This document shows, in pieces, positions 36,635 to 50,038 of a DNA stretch of 64,000 bases. The stretch covers positions 124,001 to 188,000 of the forward strand of contig LVLI01000098.1 in NCBI GenBank assembly GCA_001687465.1, read 5' to 3'. Numbering within the stretch: the stretch's first letter is position 1; each line of letters starts with the position of its first letter. The DNA is from Halocafeteria seosinensis. Lineage: Eukaryota. Position numbers and translations under genes: made by a program. The notes under the pieces were generated by a model that saw only the letters and a program-made list of their open reading frames with translations, was not told the DNA's origin and did not search any database.

Positions 36635-39600
36635 TTACTTGTGCTTATTCTGCACACCATCCTCTTCTTCCCTGTTAGCTATCTGTCTTTGGCCGCGCTT
36701 GAGGCGTTTTGCCCGCTCTTTCATAACAGTTACGGGCGGATGCAATGCCATGGGCTCCATTGGCGGACAGGGATCCGTGATGGCCCCTTGCTGCATACGC
36801 TCATGTTCGGAATCTTGTTCTTTTTCAGTAAGTTGTACAATACACTTACCTGTACGATAGAGTGTTCTCCCATCAGCGTTTCCAGGCGAAATTGCAATCG
36901 TATATCAGGGACATTCGTCATGTATATATCGTTTCCTCGTGGTCCCGGTGTAGCATAGTTTGGACCAATAAAATGGGCTCGATACGGATGCTCAAAGCCC
37001 GATTGCAAGACACTGTTTCGAGCGATTTCACAGAGGTCGACAGAGTTGAGTTTCCATACTTGGGCTGCTACACAATACTCCTCTACGAGAGGCTCCTGAA
37101 ACCAGAACAGGACTAAGAAAACCCACCAAGCGTATATACACTAGGATAGGTACTTACTCTTGTGTAGTGCAGTAGCAATGGATCGTCAGTGGAGAGAGAT
37201 ACATTCAATCCTCTGGCGAAATACTGGTAAAACGGATTGCGGTTGTAGTCAACGAACAGTTTGTTGTTGGACAACGGGGACATGGCCAGTCCAATCTGTT
37301 GGATAGCAGCTCAAAAATTAGTGGGGAGACCACGAATGATGAAATGCAGAAGCTACCACATACCTGCATCAAGTAGTACAAGTACTGCAACGGGGGGTTC
37401 TTGCTCATTGTTATACCATGATTCACGCTCTCGGCATAGAGGAAAGTAGCCACTAAATGGTCAACCTCCCCAGCTTCACCACTATGTGGACGGAAGCTGA
37501 ACGTTGTCAGACCTGCAGGACACGAACCGCTCCTACTTACAGTAAACCGCATCTTGAAAATTACGACAGCAGAGAGACGTACCTCGTTTAGCTCGGAAGA
37601 TATTGAGCGTCTTGAGATTTGTGGCCAAATAATAGACCCAGTAGTAGTAAGGGGGCGGATGGTTGAGGTCCCACTCATCTGGTGGTGGCACCTGTGCATC
37701 TCTGGCGGCTTCTTGCTTAGACTCATCGTCTACACAGTCAAACCCAACCACCAGCGTCAAAAAGTGATGTAGATCCGGATCACAAGAGGGATCCACTGCA
37801 AACCAGTAATTACAGTGTGTTCGCCAGTAAACGCGAGGAAATTGGAGGACATTCCACGTACCCGAAACATGCCAAAGTGGAAGGAAGATGTTATCAAGCA
37901 TATCTTGGAAGGTGTTGATCAGTCCTGAACTCTTGTAAACCTCGTACAAACGAGGGATTTGGATCATCCAACGAACATTGCTGGAATACAGATGATTACG
38001 AACGAACCACTTGGCAAGCTGAACGGGGAAACAAAGAAAGCAAGTAAAATTGAGGGCATGTGAAAACATGAACTGGACGACCGACATACTCTGCTCCACT
38101 CATTTCGGCGACGGCCATAAACACTGAGACGATACTCGGCGAGTTGGTACTTCGACGATTCAAGATCGTCTAGGACTTGTTTGGTAACCTCACCCAGATA
38201 TCGCCCTTCAATATGGTTGTCCGTTTTCAAGAAGATTTCGCGGAGACGAGACTGACCAATAGGGTTGTACTTCAGATTGAAGCGGTCAAATCTGCGGACG
38301 GAGACCAACGAAGTCTTCAACGAGGGGAGCCGTTACAAACACCAATGTCAAACATACCGATGGAACGTGTTATCAGCATGCATATCTAGCGTGTCAATTG
38401 ACAGATCATAGGCTGTCAAATTAAGCGAATCAAACACCTGTGTGCACGCAATGCTAATGTCGACAGTATCCTTAAACTCGCAACAATTATGTGATAACCT
38501 ACCTCAGTAAGCGACAGTTCTTTGCCGTCGCGGATGATTACTTTTTCATGGGGATAGCGTTTCAACTTATGCTGCAGTGGGAAGGCACAAGCACATATGA
38601 GCAAAGGGCCGGCGCTCCTCACAGTATAATGCTGAACCCACCTTGATGAATCGCAACAAATGCTTCTGCGTCATACATGCGCTGTGATGGACGTGTGTGT
38701 CTACCTTCCTCACGTTGTAGAAGTCACGGTGTGGAACAGCCTTCGACTCCGCAGATTCCTGTACGGGCAGTATATGGAACAACCATGTAAATGAATCTCC
38801 CAATCGAGAACCACGGAACTGCGCTTACCAATTCACCATTCAACAGGCAGTGCAGCTTGAAACGAGATTCCAGCAATTTAAGGCGTTTCCAGGCAAATGA
38901 TTTCACGGGAGCCAAGTGGACCGTTCGCACCACCTGAAACGTATTACCTAGTTGTATACGGCCTAGACCCGTGTACGACATATTGGACTATCGACTCACC
39001 TCCATGTAGTCCTTCTGGAATTCCAAAAAGTCATGAGGCACGTATTGTGCTTCTCCCACCTCGCAATGTCCTTCGTCAACAAGCCTTTCGATTTCATCCT
39101 TCAACAAGCCGTCTGCCTCTCCTTGTTCATCGCCCCGCTTCTCTGATAAAAGGGAGCTGATAGATTCGTAGTTTTTTGGTTTCACCTCGTACGCATGAAT
39201 AACACCCTTCTCCATCCGGTACCTGCGCAAATCCAGTCAAGGGGTAAATAAGCAAGAAAGACAAACATCCCTGTGCCAGACATACGTGTAGTTTGCAGGG
39301 CCAGGCGTGCGCGACTGGGAATTTTCTACAACGTTGAACGGAATTTCGGGACGTCGTCGAAAGAAAAGCTCTGGGTGAGGATGCTCGGCCAAGACTTGAT
39401 CCTCATCTTGTGCAGGAGGGGCCGAATCCTCGTACTGAAATTGCTGCCAACGAGCATCCCCAGGGCTAACAAAATGCTCAGGGGAAAACTCGTCCGGAGA
39501 AAAGGCACCCCAGTAGTGATCTGGTTTGCGGTACACATATTTCCGCCGAAGGAACATTGCGCGCATTAAAGCCCGGCAGACCTGTGAAATGAATGATGCG

Positions 39601-40978
39601 TACCAATTCACAAGTCACACTATCGTTGCATTTCTTCGTACCTCGCGTTGCTCCTCAGTAAACTTTGCCTTCCCCGATATTTGTACTCGCTGAAATGCGT
39701 GCTCCATCTCAACGGGAAGCCAATCCTGCACAAATGGTACTCCGTGACTATACAACAGAATACAGATGAGCAATCGAGAGCACGACTAATCCTTACATCT
39801 TGAGACGCAGAGAACTCATCGCTAACCTCATCATCGTTGTAGCAAACGACACCACCTCTGGAGTCCTGAGTGCATTGTGCTGCTGTCTTCGCGGCAGGTG
39901 CTACTTGCTCTCCTTCTAATGACGGGGCGCGTTCCGCTTTGGTAGTGTGTCCAACCTCTACGGGAGGCCCATAGTGATGCTTTAGCTCCTTAACATTACC
40001 TACATTAGCTGCATGATCCAATGTTCTGGGTGGCTGGTTAATTGCCGGCCCAACAGGCGGATGAATGTCCTTCTTTGCCGCCTCTGCTGCCTCGGCAACA
40101 GGACGCGGAACGCCTTCATAAATCTTTGAATGGGACACGGTGCTTGTTGTTGCACTTTCCTGGGAATTCCCCGCTTCTGCTACACTTGTTGCTTGCTTCG
40201 TTTCCTCGAAAGGCTTAGAGCCGTCACGTGCCGTTGTCGACTCGAGTTCTTCGGACGCTCGAGCAATCTTGGACTCATACGACATCGGTGCGCTAAGTGA
40301 ACGAAGAATTTCTGTCGGCGTGTCTTCTTGATTGCTACCCGTCTGAACGTGGTTGTCGTGAACATCTCCATGGAGCAAGAACGCCGCTTTTTCCATTTCA
40401 TCTCCTCCGTTCGCCGTGGACACACCGTACTGCGCGTTCGTTGTCGACGCGACAGACGCCACACCATTCTGCTGCATCTCATGGTCGGACTTGGTGCTCT
40501 TATTGCTTCCTGCCAGAGGTGGAAGCGCCCAATTCCCTGCTTCATTCTGTGCTTCAACTTCGTTGTCAAAGGTCTGCTGGTTGGAGGAAGCCGACGGGAG
40601 CCGCCGTCGGTTTGTCGGACTGCCTCCCGTGTGCCATGGTTCTTCCTTGGAGGTGGTCCTAGAGATGTCACAAGCGTCAATAAACTTGCGCGCTTGAGCA
40701 GCTGTAGGAGCTACATCGGGCGATGCCACGTGTGGAGCTCCTCGGCCTCCTCGTTGCTCATGAACGGGAGAACCTGGAGCTTTCCCACGCTCCTCGCCCT
40801 CTTCATGGTCTCCCTCACTGGTTGAGGAAGAGACATGGCTGGTACGCCTCTGGTAGTGCGCTCTCTGCTTGTATGCAGCTAAATATCGAGCTCTGGACAA
40901 GGCATCGTTCTCGACAGCTGATTCATTGTAATCAAAGGGGTCCATGTCGTCCCCCGGGAACTGGTTGCTCGACGACAT
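36635..40978 (-). CDS. AMPD: AMP deaminase, multi-exon, with a long disordered N-terminus
   Basis: [73 protein letters not shown]. Last exon 36790-36635. Confidence 0.97.
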
Positions 40979-41857
40979 TTTCGTGGGTTAAAGCTACCTC
41001 GCTGCTAGGAGATGTATCTACCTATGTCTGTCTGTAAGAGGAAACAAAACGAGCTTGATGACATCGTGTACTGCACTGACCCTTCGATTGCGTGCTCCCC
41101 TTGATCTCCCCCTGTCGAATGCCCCTTCCGTGTCAGTCCCCTTTGAAAGCGCAACTTCAACAAGCAAATTCAAATACAGTAACGCGTGCGAACACTTCAC
41201 CAAAACTCACCGGGGCAGTTTCGAGTCCCTGGTTTGTTACTGCTGGGCAGTGCTGATTGCACAGAGTTGCTGATTTGTTTGGGACGTCGGATTCGGTACC
41301 CCCTCTCGCATCGAGGCATTCAAATACTGTTGTACAAGTTGTACAACACGATCGAAGATGGTGGTGGAATCGAGAATCAGAGAACTGGTTACCCACGTAG
41401 ATTGAACCCTTTATTAATTATTACCATGCTGGATAATTTCAAACACCAAATTAACTCAGGGTTGTGCCAAATGAATGTCATAAGCAACGCCAAATTTCGG
41501 CTTGACTAACTGGCCACGGGAGAGTGGGAAGCACTGCCCATCGCAAACGAAAATCGAACCACAACTGAATAGCCGAGTAGGACCATTCAAGTACCTGTAA
41601 TACCGCGTCCCTCCGAAGTATTATTTTATCATTCGCTCTCGTACCATGGCCAATGAAATAATGATTCCTGTCGCTGTGTGAAGCTCAGATCTCTTCGAGT
41701 TTTGGTATTTTTCTACTCCATCGATCCATTCACCGTAAATCTGTCATATCCGAGTCGTTGATACAACGCTGAACAAACATATACATGGTTCACGGTATCT
41801 GTGTCTGGAGGGGTGGCGTTTGTAAGACCATAATAAGCTCGCTGCTCTCAAAACGAT

Positions 41858-42723
41858 ATGGTAAGAAAGTTGATCTATAATGAGGCTTTGCCGGTAGTTT
41901 ATGCACCGTATCTATGCCATATACAGAGCCAATCAGGTGAAGGACAAGCTAGTGGACAGAGCTATGAAGCTCTGGCCAAACAAGCAATGGTAAGCTACTT
42001 TGCCTGAAGATGTCCTGTTTGAGCTACACATAGTGAGTATTCTGATGGTTCTGCTCAGGAACAAGCTGGACAGTCTTCTGGTGGAAGTGGTGGCGGTGGT
42101 GGTGCTAGCAGTGGCCAAGGTGGTCAACAACAGCAACAGCAGTAAGCATCACTGGGAACATTGTGCTTTCAAACGGTGGTGGAACCCCTAGTTAGTTGGA
42201 TGGTGTTGGCAGAGAACGCGAGGAGCAACGAAGGATATTGTTGAGACAAGTTCTCGACTCAGAAGCAAAGGAGAGATGTAAGCATTTGTTGACCCGACTC
42301 TTTATAACGAAAGGGTGGAGTCAATGTCCTTGTACTTAACTTCATCTTCATACAGTAAATCGCCTTTCCATAGTCAAACCAGAAAAAGCACGCCAGGTAG
42401 AGGACCAGATTCTTGCCATGGCTCAGAAAGGCCAAATGAGTAGCAAAGTAAGTGCACCATTGATGCATTTAAACGGCTAGTAGCTTGCTTTACAAATTTG
42501 ATGAATTGTCGCGCAGATCACGGATAATCAAGTTACACAGATGTTGGAGGGGATTTCCGGAAAGGAAGAGGAAAAGAAGACGAAGGTCACGGTAAGCTCT
42601 TTCACCTATCCAGTCTACTGCGGTACGTCCCCCTGAATAATGCATGGCTACTATACTATGTTCATACAGTTTAAGCGGAGTACCCTCTTCGATAGCGACG
42701 ATGAAATCGATGATGACTTTTAA
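41858..42723 (+). CDS. PDCD5: Programmed cell death protein 5 (PDCD5/TFAR19), 7 short exons, absent from the ORF track
   Basis: Spliced EEQRRILLRQVLDSEAKERLNRLSIVKPEKARQVEDQILAMAQKGQ..KITDNQVTQML..KVTFKRSTLFDSDDEIDDDF. Confidence 0.92.
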
Positions 42724-42938
42724 GCCACAGGTTCGTCCAATAGAAGGTAGAGTTGAATGTACAGGACGATCCCACCCCATCTATTATCTGCACCCTCACG
42801 ATAGTGATACAACCACAATTGTAAACAGTATGCTTTAATGATGTGCCTATTTACGTTTTGAATGGTATCAAATTAACCGATGGCAAGCGTTCCACTTCCA
42901 ATTTGAAACTTTCCGCGTTCAAGCCACGAATTTTATAC

Positions 42939-43962
42939 TTATTTACTCCCGGTACCAAACTGATTTTTTGATTGACGCAGGTACGCAATTATTTTGACGA
43001 GCAACGGTTTCAGTGATTCCGGGCTGGAGGATGAGTCCAATATCTGATCTTTTTCAGCGCTGGTGATTGCACCGCCGCGGTTGGCATATTCGACAACTTC
43101 GGGAGAAGTAAGTCGAATGAACGGATTTGTGGCAACTTCCTGTTGAACAGTAGATGGGACCGTCGGTTTTCCTGCCGAGCGTCGTTCCTCTACCCATTGC
43201 ATGAGGTTTTTCACTGATTGATTATGTGGTTCGACTGAGTGAGCGAATGCCAAGTTCTTCTTGGTGTATTCGTGACCAACGAAGACCTTTGTATGTTTGG
43301 GGAGGTGTGCAATAATCTCCACAAGAGCGTAATACATTTGTTCTGGTGAACCAGAGTTGAAACGTCCGCAGCCGGCGATGAATAGTGTATCTCCTGTGAA
43401 CAGTGCTCCACTCTCTCCAGCCGGTACTGTATCCTTTTGGAGATATTTCCCAGATGTTCCTGCTTCAGAAATATCTGATCCCGTCCCTTCGGGACCCGTG
43501 ACATGATATAGAACATGGCCGGGAGTGTGGCACGGAGTCCAATACGTTGTCACTTTAAGGTCCCCAATGTTAAAGGTGTCGTTGTTATCCAAGATTTTGT
43601 TGGCGCCCTGAGCTCTGTCATTCTTGCCTCCATATACCGTAAGATTTGATGACCCAGGAGGAGTTCCATGTTTCTCATTTGACCTCAATAACTTGATAGC
43701 TTCTTCGTTTCCTCCAGCGTGGTCCCAATGCTGCATGAAGTCAAACATCTGTAGAACATTCGTCGTTCATCTAGGAATGCATCGTTGCTAAACATACCGA
43801 ATGAGTGGTTAAAATACAAGTGATTTTGGCTCCAACAGCCTCAGCGGCATCGATCATCTTCTGAGGCTCCACGGGGTCCACGATCCCGGCTTCCTTGGTG
43901 GCGTGATCGACCACGACGTAGCCGTAATTATCTGACAGGAGAGGTACGGTGAGGACGTCCAT
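42939..43962 (-). CDS. HAGH: Hydroxyacylglutathione hydrolase (glyoxalase II), 2 exons
   Basis: DNYGY..VDP, THS|HWDHAGGN, TPCHTPGH, LFTGDTLFIAGCGRF, GHEYT..NL.FA, PSTVQQE..TNPF. Confidence 0.96.
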
Positions 43963-45989
43963 TGTTGTGGCGAATCAATACGCACACAGTAATAACCAAC
44001 GACAACACCAAGCACTGACAACACTGCTTATAGAAGACGATGTATGTTTCAAACCAGGTATATCCTTCGGAATTGATGTGTATTATCATTCTAAAGCTAA
44101 CCAATAATGATCGTGTCGAATGACGTGTGATCCCAACTTCAACTTCATGGAACAATGAGTCCTTAGTCTCACCGTTTCCGGACAGAAGGAGACGAAGCAG
44201 GAAGGTGAGCATGTAGGAAGTACTACTCTTTACCTCATTCGTAGAAAACACCGGAAATAGCAAGTGAAATGGCTCATGACACAATGCGGTCATTTGTGAA
44301 CCTCGATCGAACAAACTTTTGTTGGCCCCGAAGAACGCAATTGCGTTCGGAAGCACGTTCCTTCGGACAAATTGTGATTTTTTTTTCGGGGGCTTCCGGG
44401 GGAGGTTCCCGACCCCCCGAAATTCCACGGACGGGAAGGTTGCGCCTATCCATGCAACTTCAAGGAGAAAAGTAGGGCCGACATATGAAGGGTTTGATAG
44501 AATGTATATCTGTAGGAATAAGGAGGATGCTCTCCATTGTTGTTGAAGTTTCATCTGGTGATGTGTTCAAATGTTGCAGGAACGTGTATGAGAGGGTAGC
44601 GGGATGATTTTGGACCACTCCTGGAAGGCGCGTTGGCAACTCGATGGATTCCTTATATTAGCAAGTGTGGTGGGCTTTTGTTCTCAGTGGACAGTAGAGG
44701 AATCCGCATCTTAACAATTTAGGCGAGTAAGAGAACATGTCTGGCAACGGACCTGCAGTATTGTTCATAGACGGGATAGTGTTTCGTCCCTCTACTCGGG
44801 GCAAACTCACTCAGACTACATTTCGGTTTTCGGGGTCGACTTGTATCCTACAACAGGGACGGTACAGAAGGAGATATTGTGTACAATCGCGCAGTGCGAT
44901 AGGTGCCTGAAACGTGCGAAGAGTTGAGCATGGCCCCGCAGGTGGTCCTTTGGCGATGATGTGCTGATGGCGGTGATTTCACGCTTTTAATTTGCATGAA
45001 GAGAGATTGTGAGAGAAGAAACCGTCCACAGTCTTTCTTACCATCCTTGCACTCGCCCCAGCTTACCATCTTTATAGGCTTTGTTTTCCTTCACTAACTG
45101 AAGGAATGGGGTAGTGAATGCAACATTACTCGCTAAGGGTTTGGAAGGTAAATGTTCACCGTGGAGTCCCGGCATTCTGCTTGATCGCCTACCAGGCTTC
45201 CTGGTCCAGGAGTTCCGCTTGCTTGGCTACCGGTTCTATTTGTTAGGTTCGGGACGCGGGTTCAGCATGTTTTTCCCTGGCAGGGTTCGGGGATATAGGT
45301 ATCGGGATGTGCTCAATAACTGAAAGCGACTGGTAAGTGGATAGTTGGCCAGTCGCGGGGCCTGTTCCTGTCCTTTTGAAAGCATTTAGCGCGTATGGGG
45401 TTAAGGAAGCCCTGTCAATTTCTCATGTTTCTTTAGGCCATCGTTTCTCATGATCATAGGAGGACGTATATGTGCCAAAGCGAACACAGCAGAGAATGGC
45501 CACAGTGCAACTGTTTCGTAGCGAGAGAGTTGTGCATTTGACTACAGTACTCTCCTAGAGGAAATTCACGAAGTGGACGGTCCTAGTCCAGGTGCCGTAA
45601 CCACTTGCAACTTTGTCTAGGAGATTACTTTCGATTAAAGATGATATGTATCAGTGTTGCTCCGAGTGGAAGAAACCTCGTCTACCTGCTGCGCGAGGGC
45701 GTGAACAAGGTGACCTATAGCAACCCTCTGCTACCACTGTAAAAATATTCCCTGTCCGCTGCTGTGCAATTCAACGCCGCGCGGGTGTGACCTCTTCCCA
45801 TGTAGCAAGTTGTGCTGCAGACAGGGGTTCAAGAGTTGTGTGCTCATTGTTCTTACGCTGGCATGAAATGATTATACACCTACCTTGTTGACACTTTTAT
45901 ATTCCCTCTTAAATCCAAGTGCTAGATGCCATATAGTTCCGTGATGAAGTGCTCTAATCCAGGACGGGTGCTCGTCCTGATTTGGCTGC

Positions 45990-46135
45990 TTCTGGTAATT
46001 GTTAAGTTTCGCCTTTAACTTAGCCGCTTCTTGCAATAGCTCAAAATTCTTCTTCTTTAACCATTGGACGTACTATATTGTCTTCTTAGAGTTCTGCTGT
46101 CCGACTAATTTGGCATTCTCTTCTGTCAGCTTTGC
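45990..46135 (-). pseudogene. HMMR/KIF15 C-terminal leucine-zipper-like fragment with an internal TAG
   Basis: KLTEENAKLVGQQNSKKTI*YVQWLKKKNFELLQEAAKLK resembles the LxGHQNxKQKIQYVxxLKxENxxL motif as I recall it. Confidence 0.6.
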
Positions 46136-46159
46136 AAGGACCGTCCCGAAAATCATCCC

Positions 46160-46444
46160 CGAGCTTCCCATAGAAACCACCCAACGAGGTTCCGGCATCT
46201 GATCATAAAGCTGCGAGACTTTGAATCAGCATAATTCAACGTTTATAATATATAGGAATAAACGTACTTTGCGCAAAGCTGGTGCCATTTTGTCGGTCAA
46301 CGTGCCTGCCACAATAATTACGGTGGCTTGTCGAGGACTGGCTCGAAAGAAGGTGCCGAATCGGAATCGTTCAAGGTCATAATGAGGCGAAGCTACATGC
46401 ATCATCTCCACCGCGCAACATGCTAACCCAAACGTCAAGGGTCA
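46160..46444 (-). pseudogene. NDUFS7: Truncated complex I PSST/NDUFS7 (NuoB) fragment with one intron
   Basis: [54 protein letters not shown], intron 46211-46267. TGA stands at the conserved Trp; similarity stops at the GSC Cys. Confidence 0.85.
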
Positions 46445-46818
46445 AGTGGGCAATGCGTAGTAGTAAAATGTCACTTTGACCTCCAATGACACGAATCATG
46501 ACCGTGGCCTGATTTTGGAGCCCAAGGAAACCATAAAATGGAATTGATAGATATTTCCCACTGGAAATGGCCGTGAAGAAATAACGCACTTAAACTTTCA
46601 ATTCATGTACACCAGCTACAATGTGGTATCACTGGTTCTTCAGTGAGGATTCCTGGCCCAAGAGTCTCAGAGTCTCAGACGGGGAACTTCAAAAATTTCG
46701 TGGGTGTCCCTTAACGCTTAAAGAGGTTAATTTATGCAGTAGGGGGTCTTTTGTCTAGATTTTTTATTTTGCTATTTTCATCCATACCGCACCCATTGAT
46801 ATACCCGGAGGAAGGGAC

Positions 46819-49690
46819 ATGTTCCCAGGTGTTTTGAACCCCAATGCTTCCCGGGAGCATACCAGCCAGAGGGCTGCAGGGGGATTCTCTTCGCCATCAT
46901 ACTCGCCAAGAGAGGTGAATATTAATAACGACACCGTGAATGAAGAGTTGCGTCGGTCTAGGCAGTACCAGGGTGGAGGATTCTCTCCAGCTCCAGGACA
47001 TGCAACACCGTATGGAGGAGGGTCTACCATGCGCATGAGGACTGCACCCGACTCTACGACGTCGTACAGAGGGTCCTCACCACAGGTCAGCAAAGACTTT
47101 ACCCCGGGGGCGGAAGGGGGCACCTACGCGTGGGGCAATGGAGTCGCTATGAGGCAATACAGCAGTGGTATGCAGCCGGCCATTGGAGCAAGATCGAGGG
47201 CTTCCGGCGCCTATACAGACACCGACTCGAACTTGGCCTCTGATGGAGGAGGACTACTAGATTGGCTAGGTTGTGGACGGAATCGGTCATCGGAAACAGA
47301 TATCAATGCGAAGAGTGCGCTCTTTTCACCGGTGCGCCGGAAGGCTAGACAAGTAAACCAAAGGGAAGACTCCAAGTTGTACAGCGACTATATGAGAAGA
47401 CCCTCTACATGGGATGCTCTCAAAGTATTTGGACATGGCGCTTTGTGGCTCATTGTAGGACGAGTGTTAGCGTACTGGTATGTGTTTCAGAGTCAAATAG
47501 TCTTAGCGTAACAAATTAGAGAGAGTTATTGTTTTGGTAAAGCAGCATGTCGCATTGTCTGGAGGAATTATCGTGGCATAAGCTGCCAAGCTTGGACAGA
47601 TCTATGCTAGCAAAAGACTTTGCCCGTTTCTATGGCTGCTTTGTTGCTCTCTGGGTAAATCGTGGTAGTACGTTTGAGAATTGGGCATTGTTTCAATTTC
47701 GCCTCTTTAGCATCTTGATTCGTTGCAGTTACGGTACTGGCGCTCCTACTCATGGCGCGAGCTGGCTACCTGGAGCTAAGACGACGTGCTTTAGAAGCTC
47801 AGGTGGGCTCTTGGACGCATCTTACTGCTAGTCAACGAAAACTCTACGGGCTTCCTCCTGGACTAGAGGACCAACTAAAGATAAGCCAATACAGGAGTAG
47901 AACAGAGGAAAATGAACCGCGTATGCATACAAAAAAATCAGTAAAAGAAAAAAAACGTGCAGAGAACGAGACTTCACTCAGACTGCAACAGTCCAAGTCC
48001 TCTGTCAAGATGGACCACACCCTCATTACCAGCGCTGCAACACATCGGCATCATCTTGGGCAGAGTGATGACATTCAAAGTAAACTTATGTCTTCGACAT
48101 CCCCGACAAAAGTGTACGGCGAGTGGTGCTCTCCTGAGACTACTGGAAAAGATTTCGTTAGTCCTCCACTAAAATCCCGTGCCCTGGGTCTATCTAGCAG
48201 CGCAATGGAGCCGCAAACGGACGCCGCTGAAGAGAAAGAGTCCGCATGGGTTCCGGAATCGAAAGATGAGACGGACCATGCAGCGCATGGTAGGACTAGA
48301 AATATCAATGAATATCAGGAGGCATTTCATAAAAGGACGCCCCCGCCAATAAATCCGCGGAAGTATGATCTAGCTTCTCGCTCATCTGTCGGAAAGTCTA
48401 CGTTAGCTAGCGGTCCCACCGATACTTCCGACAGACTTCAGGAGGAGTTTGGTGTTAACACTGCATGGCTGGAAAGTGCAAGTGCTGGTCTGAAGAAGTG
48501 GCTCGCTTTTCACATTTCGCACCATACTGTAAGTAGTCCGATATGTCCGCTGGCCCCTTTTCAGGCGCGCTTAGGCTGATTGGTTTTCAGGTACGACTTT
48601 TGGAACGCAACACAGAAGACATAGCGAAAGTTTCTGGAGGCTATATTTCTACTTCTTTCTTGATGCATGACCCTGGGGTATCCCATGTCGAACTGCCCCA
48701 TCTACGCGGTAGGAAAAGCTTTTCCGAGATTTTGCACCACTTTTTGGCTCCGGGAACCTTTGACACTCGATACGCGATGCGTCGGGCAGTGAAGCGTTCT
48801 GCAAACCGGTCGAATTCTACAGCGACAGTTTATTTGTGGGAGGAAAGGGCAAAGTTGGACGCGTAGGTGATGACTTTCTTTCAACTTTCTCTATGTAGTC
48901 CATGCACATTTCTTTTGTTTCCGAACAGGTTCCTTGATGTTGGCACCAAGTTCTCCACTCACCGCAGGACTGAAAATAGCGCGGTAGAAGAACAACAGCA
49001 GAGGTCCTATGTACTACGCAGACTTAGGGCTCTCTCAGAAGATGATGCTATGTCGCAATATAGGCATGACATCTCTAGGCGCACGTCTGCTGCTGAAGAT
49101 GGTACATTGGAGTATCCCACAGATGGCCAGATCATTCTACATTATTTCCTGACACTGATGGACACCATCCTCTCGAATGGCCTCAAAGAGAAGAGAAATA
49201 AACATGAGTTTGACAGTGAGGCTGCAAGAGAAATTGACGAGCTCGTTGCTGGAACAGAGAGATATAAAAAGCCCGGTCCTTTCACGAAGCGGCTGTTCTG
49301 GCGTAAAGAGCAACTCCCACGTAGGTGATTCGTCCACGATAAATTTTGCGGGTCGTGAGCTCAAGATATCCATCTCACCCTCCATGCAGATTTCCGTTAT
49401 TTGATGAACCTTCCTATCCTACATCTGTGCTCGACGTTCCCGATGCATGTGCGTCTAATTTGGGATGGCCGACCATTCGAAGTGGAGCAAGGAAGTTCCA
49501 ATCTTTGGCAGTGTCTGACACTATATCTGTACACTGTCGATTCAAAACGAGAACTAGATGTACGTTTCTTGTCATTTTTATTTAAGCTAATAAGAAAATA
49601 ATTGCGCTTGTGGGTTTTGTGTTGGCTACACAGAGACGCCTGTTGCAAGTACCCCTTGAGGGTGACGTACTTTACAAGGTATTCCGATAG
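46819..49690 (+). CDS. TMEM209: TMEM209-like nuclear-envelope membrane protein, multi-exon
   Basis: TM segments then LTASQRKLYGL, WLE..LKKW, YVLRRLRALS, PTDGQIILHYF..MD, and HVRLIW..EVEQGSSNLW. Confidence 0.75.
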
Positions 49691-50038
49691 TTGGGATCAC
49701 TTGTAGAATAGCGAAGGGCCGATAGTATCAAATAGTCGGGGTGCTTCATTCCCCGGTCTTGAATAATAGAGTAAAATACTATTGTGATTCGCACCGCTTC
49801 GCACTTCACTTCCTCGGTTCGCTTCCCACCTTACCTTGAAGTTCTCAAGTGAACGCAAAGTTTGTCGCATCGATCTGACACAGAAAGGAGCTCTTCCAAG
49901 TCTATTATTCTACGTATACGTAATCGTTTTCACGATTCTGAGTAGCGCATATGAAAGAAAAGCGTTTCAACTTGCGTAGCAACCGAAAACGGATTTTAAA
50001 TTAAGCGTGTATTGACTTCAAAAAGTTCTCCAAACACG

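Noticed and set aside
10997..43962. Redox/detox gene cluster (GST, SOD, sulfite oxidase, glyoxalase II)
   Set aside because: The genes are spread over 33 kb among unrelated genes with no shared pathway or visible shared regulation.
43928..44554. 208-aa minus ORF upstream of glyoxalase II
   Set aside because: Different frame from the glyoxalase start, no motifs, and it runs through the palindromic non-coding tract.
46073..46444. Alternative genetic code or NUMT (TGA at Trp, TAG at Gln)
   Set aside because: Intact genes in the window end with TAA, TAG and TGA, and the fragment has a spliceosomal intron. Single transitions in a pseudogene explain both stops.
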